Source: Octopus sinensis
Lineage: Eukaryota
Length of the DNA stretch: 64,000 nt
Assembly: GCF_006345805.1 (NCBI RefSeq)
Contig: NC_042999.1
Coordinates: forward strand, 45,012,001-45,076,000
Reading direction: 5' to 3'
The translations under genes were made by a program, and so were the position numbers. Each line of letters begins with the position of its first letter. Within the stretch, counting starts at the first letter, position 1. Below are positions 63,246 to 64,000 of this stretch, in pieces. The notes under the pieces were generated by a model. That model did no database searches, was not told where the DNA came from, and was given only the letters and a program-made list of their open reading frames with translations.

Positions 63246-63902
63246 ATATATATACATTTATTTGTGTATGTGTGTGTATATATATAGACACGTGTGTACA
63301 CATATATACATACACAAATATACATATACTTATATATATATATGTATATATGTGTGTGTATATGTAATTATACACATGCACATGCACACATGCATATGTG
63401 TGTGTATATGTAATTATACACATGCACACACACATATGCATATGTGTGCTTATACATGTGTATTTATATACATGTAAAATGCACAGACACACATTTACGC
63501 ACACATGCACATATGCACACACTTATTTTATTTTAAAAAAATATTACTGAAATATCAACGCAGTTTCTTGAGGAAAGTTATTAGAATGAACTCACATGTA
63601 TGAAATTTAAGATGTTTGGTGTATTCCCATGATAGCCCAAAAAACTAAATGGAAAACTTGAGCTTAAAAAAGTCGTTTTTGCACGTGTTGTTTGCAAACT
63701 GTCTTTAAAAAGAAAACGAAATAAACGTTTTTTTTTCTTAATAATTTGCATGTTATATGACAAAAATAATATCAAACAGAAGATATTTCAAGAAAAATGG
63801 GCTCAGATTGCTTACTTAATGATCAGAAATGTGTTAGTGGGAATACTGGAATTAAACGCATTTCAGTTTTAATATATCTAAAAATACTCTTTTCTTACAT
63901 AG

Positions 63903-64000
63903 GTGCAGGAGTGGCTGTGTGGTAAGTAGCTTGCTTACCAACCACATGGTTCCGGGTTCAGTCCCACTGCGTGGCACCTTGGGCAAGTGTCTTCTACTAT
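63903..64000 (+). mobile_element. SINE family A head, running off the window
   Basis: AGGAGTGGCTGTGTGGTAAGTAGCTTGC...GGTTCAGTCCCACTGCGTGGCACCTTGGGCAAG. Confidence 0.9.

Overview
AT-rich, repeat-saturated eukaryotic DNA, apparently intronic or intergenic. The SINE families and microsatellite load suggest a coleoid cephalopod (Octopus-like); this is my inference from recognising the families, not a database result. I recognise no intact host gene. There is one plausible plus-strand terminal coding exon (7218-7330) and a decayed, stop-riddled exon set on the minus strand (about 27.5-31.9 kb). Most long ORFs in the track are microsatellite translations. The content is mobile DNA: (1) dozens of tRNA-derived SINEs of at least five families, here labelled A, B, C, E and F, plus an RTE-like family D; (2) three distinct R4/Dong-clade RLE-LINE copies sitting in (TAA)n tracts; (3) Penelope-like (PLE), CR1/L2, RTE and L1-Tx1 fragments; (4) Tc1/mariner, Tigger-, hAT- and piggyBac-type MITEs; (5) two tiny solo-LTR-like units. 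Most interesting observations: a head-to-head pair of tRNA-headed SINEs inside one 16-bp target-site duplication, each tail carrying a minimal PLE-type hammerhead ribozyme motif (60351-60900); a 209-bp perfect fold-back centred on half a hammerhead (62413-62850); an ORF1/gag-only, HAL1-like retroelement with 5' tandem monomers (48990-52210); a pre-miRNA-sized hairpin (5541-5615); and SINE multimers sharing one recurrent junction. Coordinates of degraded repeats were set by eye and are approximate.
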